A DNA stretch of 64,000 nt from Protoeuglena noctilucae. Taxonomy: Eukaryota. Shown piece after piece: positions 49,012 through 62,263 of this stretch. Numbering within the stretch: position 1 is the first letter of the stretch; each line of letters opens with the position of its first letter. The notes beneath the pieces were generated by a model. That model was not told where the DNA came from, did no database searches, and saw only the letters and a list, made by a program, of their open reading frames with translations. A program made the translations under genes and the position numbers. Where the stretch lies: positions 372,001-436,000 of the forward strand of contig OY253685.1 of assembly GCA_958009085.1 (NCBI GenBank), read 5' to 3'.

Positions 49012-49370
49012 AAAGCGGCAGGCACGCCGCGTCACAGACGTCCCATCGCGCCGAGATCGCCAGCGCGCGGGACGTGGACAACGCTTGGCCCATGCAGCTG
49101 AGGATTCAGAGACGGCAAGAATGACAAGATAGGGGGAGCAGCCCCCAGAGTCTGAGTCAGATTTCAGCAGTGGGTTTCAAGCGCTGGCAGCTAAGGCAGG
49201 CACCCAGATGTCGCCGGATTGAAAGCTTCATCAGCAGACGAGCGAAGAGAGCGTCCCGCGGCTTCCGGGCGTCCTTCGCGCTGCGCTCGGCGCGGTGTTC
49301 CAACATTTCACATGCGCCCTTCCGCTTTTCACTCGGGGCATTGCTGGGCCTCTCGCGCAGTGTCCTTGAA

Positions 49371-51397
49371 ATGCCAGGGAGCCCCGCGGACCGGCGCAGG
49401 CCGCCTGCGCCGGGCGGGAGTGGCGCTGCGGACCCGCCGAGCACCTCAGGCGCCCGGGACGACGCGTGGAGGAAGGCAGAGTGGGTCAAGGCGCTGCATC
49501 GCCTCGAGCAAAGGTTGCGGGTCCTGGAGCAGGGCACGAGGTAACAGACGCGCGTCACCCGGAGGGGAGCACGACACGAGCAGGTGCCAACAGCCCTGGA
49601 TGTCGCCGTGCTCTCCCCCCGCGCGTCCAGGTACAAAGTCGAGCTGGCTGTTGAGCTCCGGCCGGTGGAGGGAGAGCTCGTGGAGCGCGGGAAGGAGCGG
49701 GAGACGGTCGCACGGGCACTCGCCTCCCAGCTCCAGGCAGTGCAGGGAAGTGTCAGGTGTGAGGCCGCTCCCCAGCTGCCACGATCCGCTCAAGCAAAGC
49801 CGTGGCTCTGATAAATGCTCTGAACTTCGCAGGAGACTCCAAAGCCTGCTGGCAGGGGTGGAGGAGGGCGAGGCGTTTGTGGAGGCCTTGGCGGCGACGA
49901 TGGAGAAGGCCGAGGCGGCTGTCGGGGAGATGAAGGATTCGCAACGGGTCGAGTACGATGCTTTGGCGAGGGAGGAGGCACTGGTGAGGGGCACTCCTTG
50001 GACGGTTGTTGCTGTGCGTGGCCCGGAGCGCGACGACAGGAACATTCGTTTTCTCGCGCAGCTCAGCAGGGAGATCGATCTCATGCAGAGGCGCTTCGAT
50101 GCGCCTGGCTGGGGGGAGCCCTCCCCATCGCCCGGCCCCGCGCATGGACCCGACCGCCCCCCGCAGCGAGCGAGGAGCCCGGCTGCCCGGGGGGCGGGAG
50201 CCGTGCACCCGGACGTGCAAGCCTTTGCAGATTTCCTGGACATGCACGGCCCAACGGGTGAGGCACTCGCCTCGCCTCCTTTCTACGGACGCTGCAGTGT
50301 TCCTGGCAGCTTGCAACTAAGCAGTGGGTCGTGTCCCGCAGGTGGCTGGCACCCTGAGGATCACGCGGAGTGGGTGCGGATCTTGGCCCTCAGCAAGCGG
50401 GACTGGGCCGTGGCGGTGGAGGTGGCGTGCGAGGAGATGGTGGGCATGGGCCGCGAGGCGATCGTGGCGCACGCGCGGTGGCATGCCGAGTTCGAGGACC
50501 TTGCGTTTCGAAAGCGCGCCGCCATCGCGTCCTGGCGGGTCCAGGTGGACTGCCAGAAGGACGAACAGATGCTTCAGGCGGCCATGGAGGTGGCCCAGGG
50601 CGAGCTCCGAGAGGAGGCCCAAGCTGCCCAGCGGGCCGAGCTCGACCGGCGGAGGCGCGCGGCGCAGAGGGAGGCCGTCGCGGAGTGGAGGGCGAGCTCC
50701 CGGCAGGCCCAGGAAGAGGAGCGGAGGAGGGAGGAGGAGGAGGCGGAGCGACGGCGACAGGCAGAACGCGCGGCACGGCTGGCGCGCCAGAGAGCCAACA
50801 GGGCGGCCCTGGCGGAGCGCAGGGCGCTCGCGGATGCACAGAGCGTGCCACAAACACCTTCACGCGACTCCGGCTCCCCCTCCACGTCCGCCAGCGGGGC
50901 CCCCACGCCGTCGGCGGCAGAGCGCCGCGCCGAACTCTTCGAGCGTCACCGGAGGTGCTCCGCGCGCCCGCGTCGCTCTCGCACGTAAGTCACTCTCGGC
51001 TCTGCCCCTGCCGAGGCAATTGACGCCCTCCATCCCTCCCACTGCAGGAACCTGGCACTGGTCCAAGAGCGGCAGGCGATGATCGAGAGGAAGGCAGAGG
51101 CCGCGCAGCTGAGGTGGGTGGCGCAGTTCACGCCCGGGTCCACGCCTGCTCTCGAGCTCGCGAGCGGGCACAGCCACTTCCCGCCCCTCGTCTCTCTCTG
51201 GCTGCAGGGAGCAGCGCGCCCTGTCACTCGCTGCCTTCCGCTCGGTGGTCGCCCCTCGCGACCCTGAGCGCCTTCTGAAGAAGACGGTGGCCTGCCTCGC
51301 GCGGGACGCCGCCGAACGCGAGCAGGGGGGGCTGGGGAACGTGCGCCACATCCAGCGCCGCGCCATCCCCGCCTGGCGCAGGGGCGCGGATGGTTAG
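49371..51397 (+). CDS. CCDC112-like coiled-coil protein
   Basis: HGPT|GGWHPEDH motif, RKRAAIASW, an E/R-rich coiled coil, and C-terminal RRAIPAWR. Confidence 0.7.
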
Positions 51398-51936
51398 AGG
51401 GCGGAGACGACGAAGGGATGCGTCTTCAGGCTCGCTTTCAATCGCTCTGGCTCCACTGCGTGACTCACTTGCGATATATCAAACCAAACGCGCCAGGCGG
51501 TTCAGATTCTGAGGGAACAGCCACGAGGGTAAACGTCTTCTCTGGCACCAACGTCCCTCGCGCATCTGGAGCGCCGCGCCCTCCCTCTCGCCCCCAATAC
51601 ATCGCCAAGAATCCGGCCCGAGCGGAGGAGGCGCCAACGTGAGCTGGCCGTGGATTTTCCGACCGGGGCCACGTCACGGCCCGCCAGCCCTCGCGCAGGG
51701 CCCTATATCACACACCTTGGTGCGCCCGGAGGAGCTTCCGTCGCCTCGTTGGCGGGGTCATTCGAGCCGCGGGCGTCTCCTCAGGTGGGCCGGATAGCCG
51801 TGCATCGTGCGCGCTGCACTCAGCGTTCGAACAATAGCGACTTTCCGGGGAATCTTCTGCCCTTTCGTGTCCTGTCGGGCGCGTTTACGTCGCGCTTCTC
51901 AATCCCAGCCGCAGTCGACGTGATACCCCGGCGGAT

Positions 51937-54658
51937 ATGAGAGTTTCGTCTCAGCATGGCCCGGGGACTCGCGACGGTGCGGCGCGCCGGGTGACGGGTG
52001 CCCCTGGGTCTCTGACGGACGGCGAGGGGTCCTGGGGCGCGCGCACCCCGGGCTGCGGCGCGTACACTTTCGCATCCTTGGTCGCTGAGGCAGGCTCGCG
52101 GTGGTCTGGCCCCCTGGCCGGCCTCGCGGGCCCTGCGCTCCACGGGACCATGCCGTGGGCCCTCGACGCCTCGGCGCTCCACACATCGCTTGAGGGCAAC
52201 GCGGTGGATGGTTCAAGTCGTGGACGCTCCGTCACCGAGCGCCCGTCCGCCAAATCGGGCGAGCCGCCCTTGTTGTACCGGTCAACATGGGACGGCCAGG
52301 TGCGGCCCAGCGGCTCGCCGGCGCGTCGCGCACGCTCGTGCTCCGCCTGTGGCTCGCTTCGATGCCGGTGCCGGGGCAACACATCTCTCGCTCCCAACCC
52401 GCAGAGCCTCGGGAGCGAGGGCGCACTGGGCAAGTCGGGCGAGCCCCTCCCTCGTGCTCTGGAAGCCCTCTCGGTGGCGGGCACCGCGCGGTACTACGAG
52501 TCGTGGGCTGCGGACTCGCTGCGCCGGGACTACCCGACCGGCTCCGAGGACTGGGCGCCCTCCCTCTCCCTCGACCGACGCCACACCCACGGCTCCCGCA
52601 TGCCCAAGGCGGCGGCTTCCCTCAGGTGCGCCGCGGTGTGGCAGGAGGCGCGTGCGCTGCTGTCCCTGCGTGCCCCGCGACGCCTCGCCCGTCTGCGCCC
52701 GCCCAGGCACACGATCGACGGCGGCGTGCACCCCAAGGCACCCACCACGTCCTGGGGTCCGGCCCACAGCCGGCACTCCCTGTCCGGGCTCCTCCTGCCG
52801 AGCGCGTCCCAGTCGCTCGCCGCGGGCTTCGGGCCCCCCTCCCTCCGCACCATGGCCGCGTCGGACAAGGCGCCGGCCCTGAGCGACGGCCAGGAGGACG
52901 CCTCGGCCTCGGCGGGGGCCTCGGACGACCCCGGCGTGGGCCTTCTGGTGCAGGTGGAGGGCCGCAAGAAGCCCACCCCCGCGGCCGTGCTCCTGGACGA
53001 GGCATACCTGAAGGACACGGCGGAGGCGCTGGGGGCGACCGAGGAGGGCATGGCGGCGTGGACGGCGCGGGTGGGGGTGGACATGAGCAAGCCTGCGTTT
53101 CTGGACACGGCTGAGGCGCACCTGCTGCTGCGGCAGAGCAGCAAGCGCGGGGGCGTGGGCCGGGGGTCGCGGCGCTACATCGGCATGATCTACCGCAAGG
53201 GCATGGCGAAGTGGTGCATGCAGCTATGGTTCCGCCGCCGCACGCACACCCTCTCGCTCGCCTTCGAGTCGGCGCTCCTCTGCGCCCGCGCCCGCGACCG
53301 CCTCATGCTGCACCTGCGCGGTCGGGAGGTGAGGGGCGGGGGACGGGGGCCAAAGCTGCGCTGCAGCTTCAGCCGCGCTCGCCCGGACAGGCTCACCCGT
53401 CACGTCGTAGCCCGCGTCCCCAGGAGTGCATTGACAAGTACTACCTCAACTTCCCTGTGGAGGCTGACCTCCACCTCCACGACATCGACGTTATCCGAGC
53501 CACGCGGCCCCTTCCGACTCCCCCCGACGACTCGCCCCTGGGCTCCTTCGTGGGCCCCGTGCTGGCGCGGCAGGCCAACGCGAAGCTTCCCGCGCCCCTC
53601 GTGGCGCCCCGACCCGCGTCAGGCCGGCCCAGCCATCGGTCGCCGCAGCTCCCGCCCCACGACCCCGCGCCCTTCCGGGCCCCCTCGGAGCCCTGGGGCA
53701 GCCCCCGCGCCACCACGACGCCCGAGACGGACGGCCCCTCCGTGACGGAGCGCAGCGTCCGACTGAGCTCGGGGGAGCACGGTGCCGGCCCCGCACCGCA
53801 CTGCGCGGAGACGATGACCAGCAGGCCGCCGGCCCCGCCCCTGGGGTCCGAGGAAGGCCGTCGCCTCGGGCCGGCGTGGAGCGGCAACGCCGAGTGGGGC
53901 GCCCTGCCCGCGCCGATGCCTGCTCCAGCGGCCCCCTCCCTCCCGGCACTCCTCGAAGTGCTGGCGCAGGCCGTCCCAGGGGGCCTCGCCTTGCAGCAGG
54001 TCCTGGCGGCCCTCGGCGTCAGCCACCCGCCCGACCGCAGCCCCGGCATCGACCCCGCGTCGTGGGACCGGATCCTCTTCGATGCCATCCGCGTGGTGAG
54101 GAGCGGGCCAGGGGTGCAGCGCACATTACTCCATGATTACGCACCCACCGCTGCGTCACCGCCATCCTCCGTTTGGTGCGCAGGCCTTGTCCGGCGCCCC
54201 GTCATGCCCCGCCCCCCCTCGGACTGAGCTTTTCCGGCCAAACCCCGTCCGGCCTTCCGCCCCGGACCCCCTGCGCCCCCCGTGGGGCGCCGCCCCGCCC
54301 AATGATGTCCTTGATCGCCGGTGGATGGACGGGCCCCTTGTCAGCGGGTGACTGGCAGCGCCAGGCTGTGCCGATGCGCGTCGGATGCCTCCCTCTCCTG
54401 TTAGATGGACTGCGCTCAGCAAGTGAGCCCACGTGCTGTGCTGTGCCTTCCCGCAGACCCAGGCCGTGGCCCGGCGTGGGTGCACACGCAGCACCGCACC
54501 CGGGGCAGCTGCAGCAGGGGGACGCGCCATTCCGCGCCAGTCCCCAGCTCCCAGGCATGAGCAACGGCGGGGCTTGGGGCTGTGGCGCGGCAAGTCCCTC
54601 CGGCACTCCGGTGGCCGTGACGACGGGAACGGGGACCGCCGCCGCGAGGCCCTTCTGA
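51937..54658 (+). CDS. AP2/ERF-domain transcription factor-like protein
   Basis: SRRYIGMIYRKGMAKW...FESALLCARARDRLMLHLRG...LNFP at ~53170-53460. The flanks are low-complexity. Confidence 0.7.
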
Positions 54659-55843
54659 GATCGCCCGCGGCCGGACTCCGCAGGCCAGCCGCCACCATGT
54701 TCTCACATCGCCTCATGTCCATCGGGGCCCTACCTGAGCCCGGATGACGCAGCACTGACCGAGAGACGCTGCGGCCTTCCACAACAACTCCGACTCTACC
54801 AGACCAGGGCTGCAGACTGGCAGTTTCATTACGCCGCGGCCAGGGAGCGCGATGCGAGCGCTTTCCTGGCACGTGGCGGGTTATTCGCCTCGTTCGCCCC
54901 AGCACGGGCGACGGGCAGCTTCACACAACGGTGTGGCATAGCACCCTGTGCACCGACGCACCCTCCGTAGCCACGCATGGCGTTTCGGGGCGAAGCGGGG
55001 CTGGCCCGGCACGCCCTTGCCCGGTTCAGCTCCCTCCGCGCTCCGTTCCACACATGCATGAACCTGTAGCGAGGCCCCACAGAGCTCCCCCTCTGTGCCA
55101 ATACGGCCTCGGGCGCCGCAGACGCTTGTGTCGCGGCTAGCACCACCGCACCTTCGCTTAGAATCCTAGGCTACGAATGCGCCGGTCCCCCCGGGCATTA
55201 GCAGGTAGCACCGAGCGCGCCCCCACCATGTAGCTGGCCTGGGGACCGCGCCGTGTCTCTGGGGCCTATCCCCCGGAGACACCCTAGAGCCCCGGAGATC
55301 CCCACGCCATGGGCTCCCCGTCGCGTTTCAGAGGCGACAGTGGGTGCCCCGTTTGCAATACTGTGGTGCGCCCCTAGCTGCGCCCATCCCGGGCGTGTGT
55401 TTCCCGACGTGCCTGTCCCTCCGACACCGCTCAGGTCTCCCGATCATATCATTCCCACCCCCACCAGCTTTTGTCCTCAGGTGCCCGCACCTGGCGCTCT
55501 GCTTTTGGCTGCCCACCGTGTGGACAGGGGGCATGCCTAGCACAGCCACACGGCGCGTCCCTTTCGAGTTGCCAGAGTGTCCCGTGTAGTGTAAGAAGCA
55601 TGACAGCAACGACAGTGCCAGCGAGTGTTGCCCTCTAGCTGTGGAGCCGGCCTGCCCTGACTGACTTACGCGCACGGTTCTGGATGAGCGGACACGGCGC
55701 AAAACTCCGTGACAGCCTGTGACTGTGCCGTGGACGCTTCACCCGAGTGACTGTGTAGATAGTCGGCTGCCGAGTACGCTAGTTGCTCCTTGAATGCCCG
55801 TCACATTCCGGAAAACGGGACGGTAGACAGAGGTCGCTGACTG

Positions 55844-58226
55844 TCACTCAGGCAGCGCAGCTGGCGAGGTACATATGAGCCAGACACAGGTGAGATATCT
55901 TGATCTCAGGGTGCAGCCTGCTCCCACTCGTCCTTGCATGCCACCAGGGTCACCACCTCGTCCACCACCATCTCGACCAGCAGCCCCTGGGCGCGCATGA
56001 GCGCGAGGCTGGGGCTCTCGGCCTCCATGAAGGGGTCTGCAATGGACTGGGGGAGCACCTCTGCGTCTGCGTCTGTCCTGCCCCCGCCGACCCCATCGGC
56101 ATCGCTTTGCCCCTCCGCGTTGCCCTGAGGAGACTCGGAGAGGGGCATGGCGTCCACGCCCAGGCCCCTCTCTCGGAGGACCTGGGAAAGGACGCGGACG
56201 ACGAAGTCCGCCTGCGGAGAGAGGAGAGACGCAAGGGTGCAACTATGGGTCGCTGCAGCTATCGTCAACCGAAGCCGCCATGCACGCTGCCCCGGTGCGA
56301 GGGAGCGAGAAGCACGTGGCATGTGCAGCCTCCCTTCCCATCTCACCACAGACAGCGCTTCGAAGGACCCCTCTGTACGGTCCGCCATCACCCACGCCCA
56401 GCCCTCCTCCCCGCCCTGGGCCGGCCGCGGCACTGCCATCTCGGCGAGCGCCACAAAGCACACCCCCAGCCACTGCGCCAGGAGCTGGGCATCCACCGCC
56501 ACCGCCGTCGCCATGGCCCCGCAAGGGAGCTGCGGGTCACCCTCTCCCGCCGCTGCCCCCGCGGCCCTGGGATGGCAGGAGCAGAGGGAAGCCTCGGGGC
56601 GTCGCACGCGTGTTCGAACCGTGCCAGCCGTGCGCCGTCGCGCGTGATGGAGGCGTGCTGGCCCGGCGCTTTGCACTCACGTGGTCAGGGCGGGCGACGC
56701 GACGGGGAGTAGGCCGCCCGCCTGCTCAAAGTCCGCCGCGGAGAGCAGAGAGAAGATGCCCCTGGCCGACCACCCGGCGACGTAGGCGTACGTGCCGATG
56801 CGAGCGAAGGCCCTGCGCTCGGCCGGAGGGAAAAGCGTCACAAACACTCTCACTGAGAGAGAGTGACAGAGTCACGTCCTGCAAGCGCTGGGGTGGCTGC
56901 ACATGCCCGGCACCGTCTCTCTCTCCGTGCCTTGGCACACCCATAGACAAGGAACTGCGCATGTGCACCTGAGGCTGTACTGGGACCCCAACACGGCCCC
57001 CATGAAGCACAGGAGCATCGCAGCCGCCGTGCCCCGCGCGTCGCCCGACTCAGCGTCGATGGGCATGCCCTCGGACGTGGGCGACGCGAGCGGGCCCCAG
57101 CGCGCCCGGAGAGCGTCCGCGGCCAGCGACGACCGCCAGGGGAGCACCCCCACGGGTCGCGTGTCCACGGGTTGCCCCGCCGCTGGCAACTCGTCGCCAT
57201 CCACCTCCGCCCCCTCGCCGGCCCCGTCCTGCCCGGCTGCCTCGTTGCTTGGTGAAGGCAGAGGTCCCTCGCTGACGCCCAGGTGAGCCAGCATCTCCGC
57301 CGTCAGCATCACCAGGCGCGCACTCTGCCGCATAAACTCGGCGGCCTGGCTGAAACCCTCCCCGGAGGCGGACAGGCGGTCCCGCGCGGCCATGAGGGCC
57401 AGGGACTCGTCGCCCGCACGCCACCTCTGCAGCGTGTGATCCACAAAGCCCGCCAGACCAGCGGCACGAGGGTCTGAGGGCAGGGCAGGGGAGGGCACGC
57501 TGCAGGTCGCGACGGGGTGGCGGCGGTGCAGAGCAGCGCGACGATGCGCGAGGCGAGCTGCCTCCCACCATCTGCGGCGGCTGGGGCATCGCCTGCCTCG
57601 AGGCCGGCCCTGGCGGCCTCGCTGTCGGGGCCGAGGAAGTGCGAGAGCAGGTCGCCGCGGCTGGCACCGCAGGATCGGGCCGTGAGGAAAACGACCGCTG
57701 CCCAGGACGTCAGGACCTCAGTGTCAAGAGGGGACAGCACGCCTCCCGAGGCCAGGGCGAGGCCCGAGACTTCGACTTGCACCTCGTCCACCGACATGCC
57801 GGCCGCGTAGCATTGGAGAAGGAGCTCTACGGTCGCCTGGAGATGAAGGACGGTGGATGAACGTTTGCAATTGCCGAGACGGACAGGGATTGCAGGAATT
57901 ACATGCGCCCTCACCTTCACAGCAAACAGGGAGCGCGCCTTGCTTGCGAGGAAGGCGAGGACAAGGGATCGCGCGAGGGCTCTTGACAGGCTCTCCGCCG
58001 AGGAGGCGCTGACGGGACCAAGCAGAGGGAGCAAGGGCGGGGCCTCATCGGGTCTCCCCACCGCCGCGATGGGCAGGCATTGGAATGATCGATTCCTCCG
58101 CCCCCCGCTGATGCTGGCGCTGGCGGACGTGGGCGAGAACGGCGCAAATCGCCATGCAGGCCGGGGACGGAATCTGAAGGCGCACGCACAGGGGGCGCAC
58201 GGGGCCCGCAGTGGCAGCGCAGACAT
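55844..58226 (-). CDS. Hypothetical, probably plastid-targeted protein (spliced)
   Basis: Transit-peptide-like N-terminus and coding-biased exons with GT-AG borders. No domain recognised. Confidence 0.55.
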
Positions 58227-58501
58227 GATCCTCCCACACGCAGCGAAGCGACCGGGACCTGTGCCACACGCGCGCTCAGAGGCTCACCCGGTCACTGACC
58301 GGGTCAGGCACGCATTGACGCCAGCGAGCGCCGTTTTCACCTGATTCCATCAAGAAATGCGTCGTTGATGCAGTGCGTCTGTATCACCGATGTTCTAACT
58401 CGTCAGTCCCAGCTCACGTTTCTCAGAGAAAGGATTACATTGCGCCCACTGTAGTGCGTCGTGTCGTGGACAGTCCTGAAGCCACGACAAACACTGCTGA
58501 G

Positions 58502-60295
58502 ATGGCGTCGAATCGTGATGCGGGTTTCCGGACAACCAGCAAGACGCAACAGGCACGTGCAGCGGAAATCGAGGCCCTGGGGAGGCGTGCACCCTTCATC
58601 CATGCCTTTTGGACCCTGGCTACACGAACCCTACGATTTCTCTCATTCACGTATCTGGCGCTTAGTCTGTAAACTCCCGGCAATTCTCTGCCCCCTCACG
58701 CAGCCGGCGGTGCGTGTGACCTTGGCGCACCAGGAGGGAGATGCAGAAAACGAGCTGGCGTCGCCGGGCTTGACGTGCGCCGGCGTCTCCCGGGGCAGGT
58801 TCATGCTTGAGAAGGATGAGGTGGACGCTCTGGTTGCAAAACAGGCGAGTCACCTCAAGCGTACAGTGCCCCTGAAGAGGTGCGCAATTGTCCGCTTGTT
58901 GTATGAGGCTTACCTCCCCGCCCCGCCGCAGGGTGCCAGTCACCACGAGCTTCTCGTGTCGCTCATCCGGCCAGCAGCTCAGAATGCCCGACCCCCCGTC
59001 TCGTCCTTCAAGGTCGGCGCTGTGGGCCTGGGCGGCAGCGGCAATGTGTACGTGGGCGTCAACCTGGAGCTGCTCGGGCTGCCGCTGTTCCACTCGGTTC
59101 ACGCCGAGCAGTTCCTGGTCGTCAATGCGCTCAGGTGTGGTGTCACCCCGGGCACCTGCCCTCACGCGCCCCTTCCCTCGGGTGCCATCCCTGTGCCCCT
59201 GCCAACTGGGCCGCGAGGACGTCCTGCTTGCTGCCCCATGCGCGCAGTAACGGAGAGACCGTCCTACGCGCCGTCGCCATCTCGGCCGCGCCGTGTGGCC
59301 ACTGCCGCCAGTTCTTCTGCGAGCTGTCTGGCGCGGACGACATCAAGTTCCTATTCGGCGATCCGCTCGGGCACTTTACGCTCGAGGAGCTCCTGCCATT
59401 CAGGTGCGACGCCGGGGGGAAGGGGGGTGCAGCAGACGGAACCTGTTTGGGGGAATGAGCCCAGCACCGTCACCGGCACGATCATACCCAAACTCGCATG
59501 TCCATGCAGGTTCTCGCCAAGGGACTTGCTGGGGCCCGCGCTGGACTCTGAGGCTGGAGGGAGCGAGAGCCGGGTCGGGGAGCCTGGAGGCACGGGCACC
59601 AGTGCGGACGGTGGCCGGGGTCATGGCAGCACGCTGGAGCTGCTGATGGAGCCGCGGGACAACGGGTGCGTGCGATGCGCAGCGATCAAAGTCTTCCGCG
59701 GTCTCTCAATTTCAGCCTGATGTGTCGGTCCCGACATCGATGCAGGTTGGCGCTGAGCGCCGAGGCGTGCGAGTGGGTCGAGGGCGTGCGAGGGCGCGAA
59801 GGGGAGTCAAGCGCTCTCGTCAGGGCGTGCTCCGCGGCGTTAACCCAGGCCAACATGTCATACGCCCCCTACAGGTTCGGGATGTTTTGCAAGGGTTGGG
59901 AGGGGCCCAATTGCCCAGTCGGATTGAAAGTGCCCCATAGAGCAGGGCGTCACGGTGCTCCCCCTTCCCCCCGCCGCAGCAAATGCCCCTCCGCGGTGGC
60001 TCTCGTGACCCGGGCGGGTGACGTTTACGCCGGGGGGTACATCGAGAGCGCGGCCTACAACCCCAGCCTGCCGCCCCTCCAGAGCGCCCTGGTGCAGGCG
60101 GTCGCGAACGGGATGCCCAGCTACGCCGAGGCTCAGCACGTGATTCTGGCCGAGCTGCAGGGGGGAGCCGTAGGGCAGGAGGCAACGCTGCGCCACGCAC
60201 TGGAGACCATCGCCCCGCAGGCCTCCCTGCATGTGCTCCACTTGGTATGGCAGTCCAGCAAGCGCAGCGAGGATGGGGTCCCTAGACGAGAGTAG
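58502..60295 (+). CDS. CDA: Homodimeric-type cytidine deaminase
   Basis: PVSSFKVGAVG, VGVNLE, SVHAEQF, APCGHCRQF, SYAPYS, YIESAAYNPSLPPLQ. Confidence 0.92.
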
Positions 60296-60354
60296 TTCAA
60301 CTTCGCACGATATCACGCACGGGGATCGGCCACAAGCGAAGGGAAGGGGGCGCC

Positions 60355-61306
60355 TCACGCCATAGCGCAGCCGCAGCCGTCGCTCGAGGACAGCAGCAAG
60401 TTGGCCATCTCCCGCGTCGGCTTGCGGAAGAAGACAAAGTGGCCCAGGCCGACGCCGAGCACGACCGCGAAGAAGATGCCTGCAAGCGCAGTTGCAGTTG
60501 GGGCCTCCTGTATTGGGGCCTGCACACCCACCCAAAGCGACACCCTTGTGCCGCCCTCGCCGCCCGTGTCGCGCCAGCTCGGCGCAGGCAATTATGAGCA
60601 CATCCGCATGCTCACCGACGTCGAAGGTCATGGCCGCAAGCATGAGAAGGTAGCCCAGGGTGGCGCTGAAGAGGTACAGGAGGCTAACCACGAGGCGCCC
60701 GACGGGCTTGGTGGCATGGGCGAAGGCGTCCACGGGCGTGGGCACCTTGCGCTTCTTGCACGGGTTGTTGCGCTTCGGGAGCACCTTGATCTCCCCCAAG
60801 GACGTCCCGCAGCAGTCCGAGCTGCTGTTGGCGCTCCCGTCCGCGCACGAATGCTGCGCGGGGGCAGGAGATCACGGATTGGCCGCGCGAGCTCGTCGAC
60901 TGGCAAGGGACGGAGGCTGGGCGAGGCCAGGCGCGTCTCGCCTCGGTTCCGCAGGGGAAGTAGGCCTGGTGCAGCTTCGTCCGGAACGTGATCACCGCCT
61001 CATTGAGGACTCCGATGAGAATGACCCCAATGAAGGCAGCCGCGTACGCCCCTGGGTCCGTGGACGCGTTCACGGTCCACTTCCGCAGCCACAGCGAGAT
61101 GGTCGTTCCCTGCGCTCGTGCGAGCGATCCGCGAGCGTTGCGGCGCTGTCCCGCGATGAAACATGAGCCCAAGTGTCGGCGGTTGCAGCGGGGAGGGCGC
61201 GGGGCCTCACCGTCGTGAAGTACATGCTCATGTTCATCTCCATCCCCCCCGAGGAGCCCCCCATGGACATCCCCCCCATCCCGCCCATGCCGCTCATCCC
61301 GTTCAT
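60355..61306 (-). CDS. COPT: Ctr/COPT copper transporter
   Basis: Met-rich N-terminus MNGMSGMGGM...MSMYF, GYLLMLAAMTF (MxxxM), GVGLG (GxxxG). Confidence 0.92.
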
Positions 61307-62263
61307 TTTGTCCTCCGTCTATACTCCCAGTTCCAGCAGCACATCAGCCCGGGGGGCAACGAGGGCGCGGAGGACTTCGCGGATCACAAGGCAGCAGGGC
61401 TCACTAAAGGCCTTGCACAACTGGCGGGGTTGCCATCGCGTTAAATTGTCACTTTGGCCTGCGGATCGCCCGCCGTGAAGCGCTACAGCACTTGGCTAGG
61501 GCTAGGGTTTTGGGCGCTCGTCGCCGCGATCGTCCCCCTGGGCGTCCTTCCGCAGTTGGCGTTCAAGCTTTTCGAACGGGTCTTCCGGAATGTCGTGCCC
61601 CTGCGACGGACGACCAGGCACGCGGGTCCATCGCCCACTTCGCGCACCCGTGGTCTGCGCCATCGCTGCAGCCACCAACCTTGATTTTCGCAACCTTCTG
61701 CTGATACTCGAGCATCTCTTGCTGGTAGATGGTCCACACGCAGTTCCTGCGCTCCGCAGAGAGGGTGTCTCATGCGGGGAGCTCCGCGGTGCCAAGCCCT
61801 AGGCTGATGGGTCTCGACAGCTACTCACGGGCAGCTGTTTTGGCAGCATTCATCCGGACCAGGCTGCCGAGGGGGTTCAGGAAGCCGGTCGTCTCTAGAC
61901 GGCGCAGCGAAGGACCGCAGCACTTGCGTGGGCCAGGCTGGGACACCCTGCCTGCGCAGATAGCGTGCCGGTCGCTTGCAAACGTCAATGTCAAACCCCC
62001 GTGCCTGCCAGCGAGCGCAAAGCACGAGCAAGCGCAGGCCCTGGCGCATGCTCGCACGGTCGGATCGAGCCGGCCTACATTGTCGGCGAGAAGGGTGGCG
62101 GCTGCGCTGCGACCTCGGTTCGTCGGCCGGCAAAGTTCCGCATAACCTGCTTTCACTCGCTGGTGTGGCCGGACGCCGTTTCAAACTCTTGCGTCACGAG
62201 GGCAAGATCGAGGGAGGAAAGGACGAGACCAAGACATTCCTTTTTTAAGGTCATTCCAGACAA

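Noticed and set aside
18369..60620. Introner-like repeated introns
   Set aside because: Introns are short and numerous, but no shared sequence between them was seen beyond the splice signals.
61502..62050. Possible small spliced gene on the minus strand
   Set aside because: It ends in a coding-like segment (DIPEDPFEKLERQL), but no exon structure or homology could be established.
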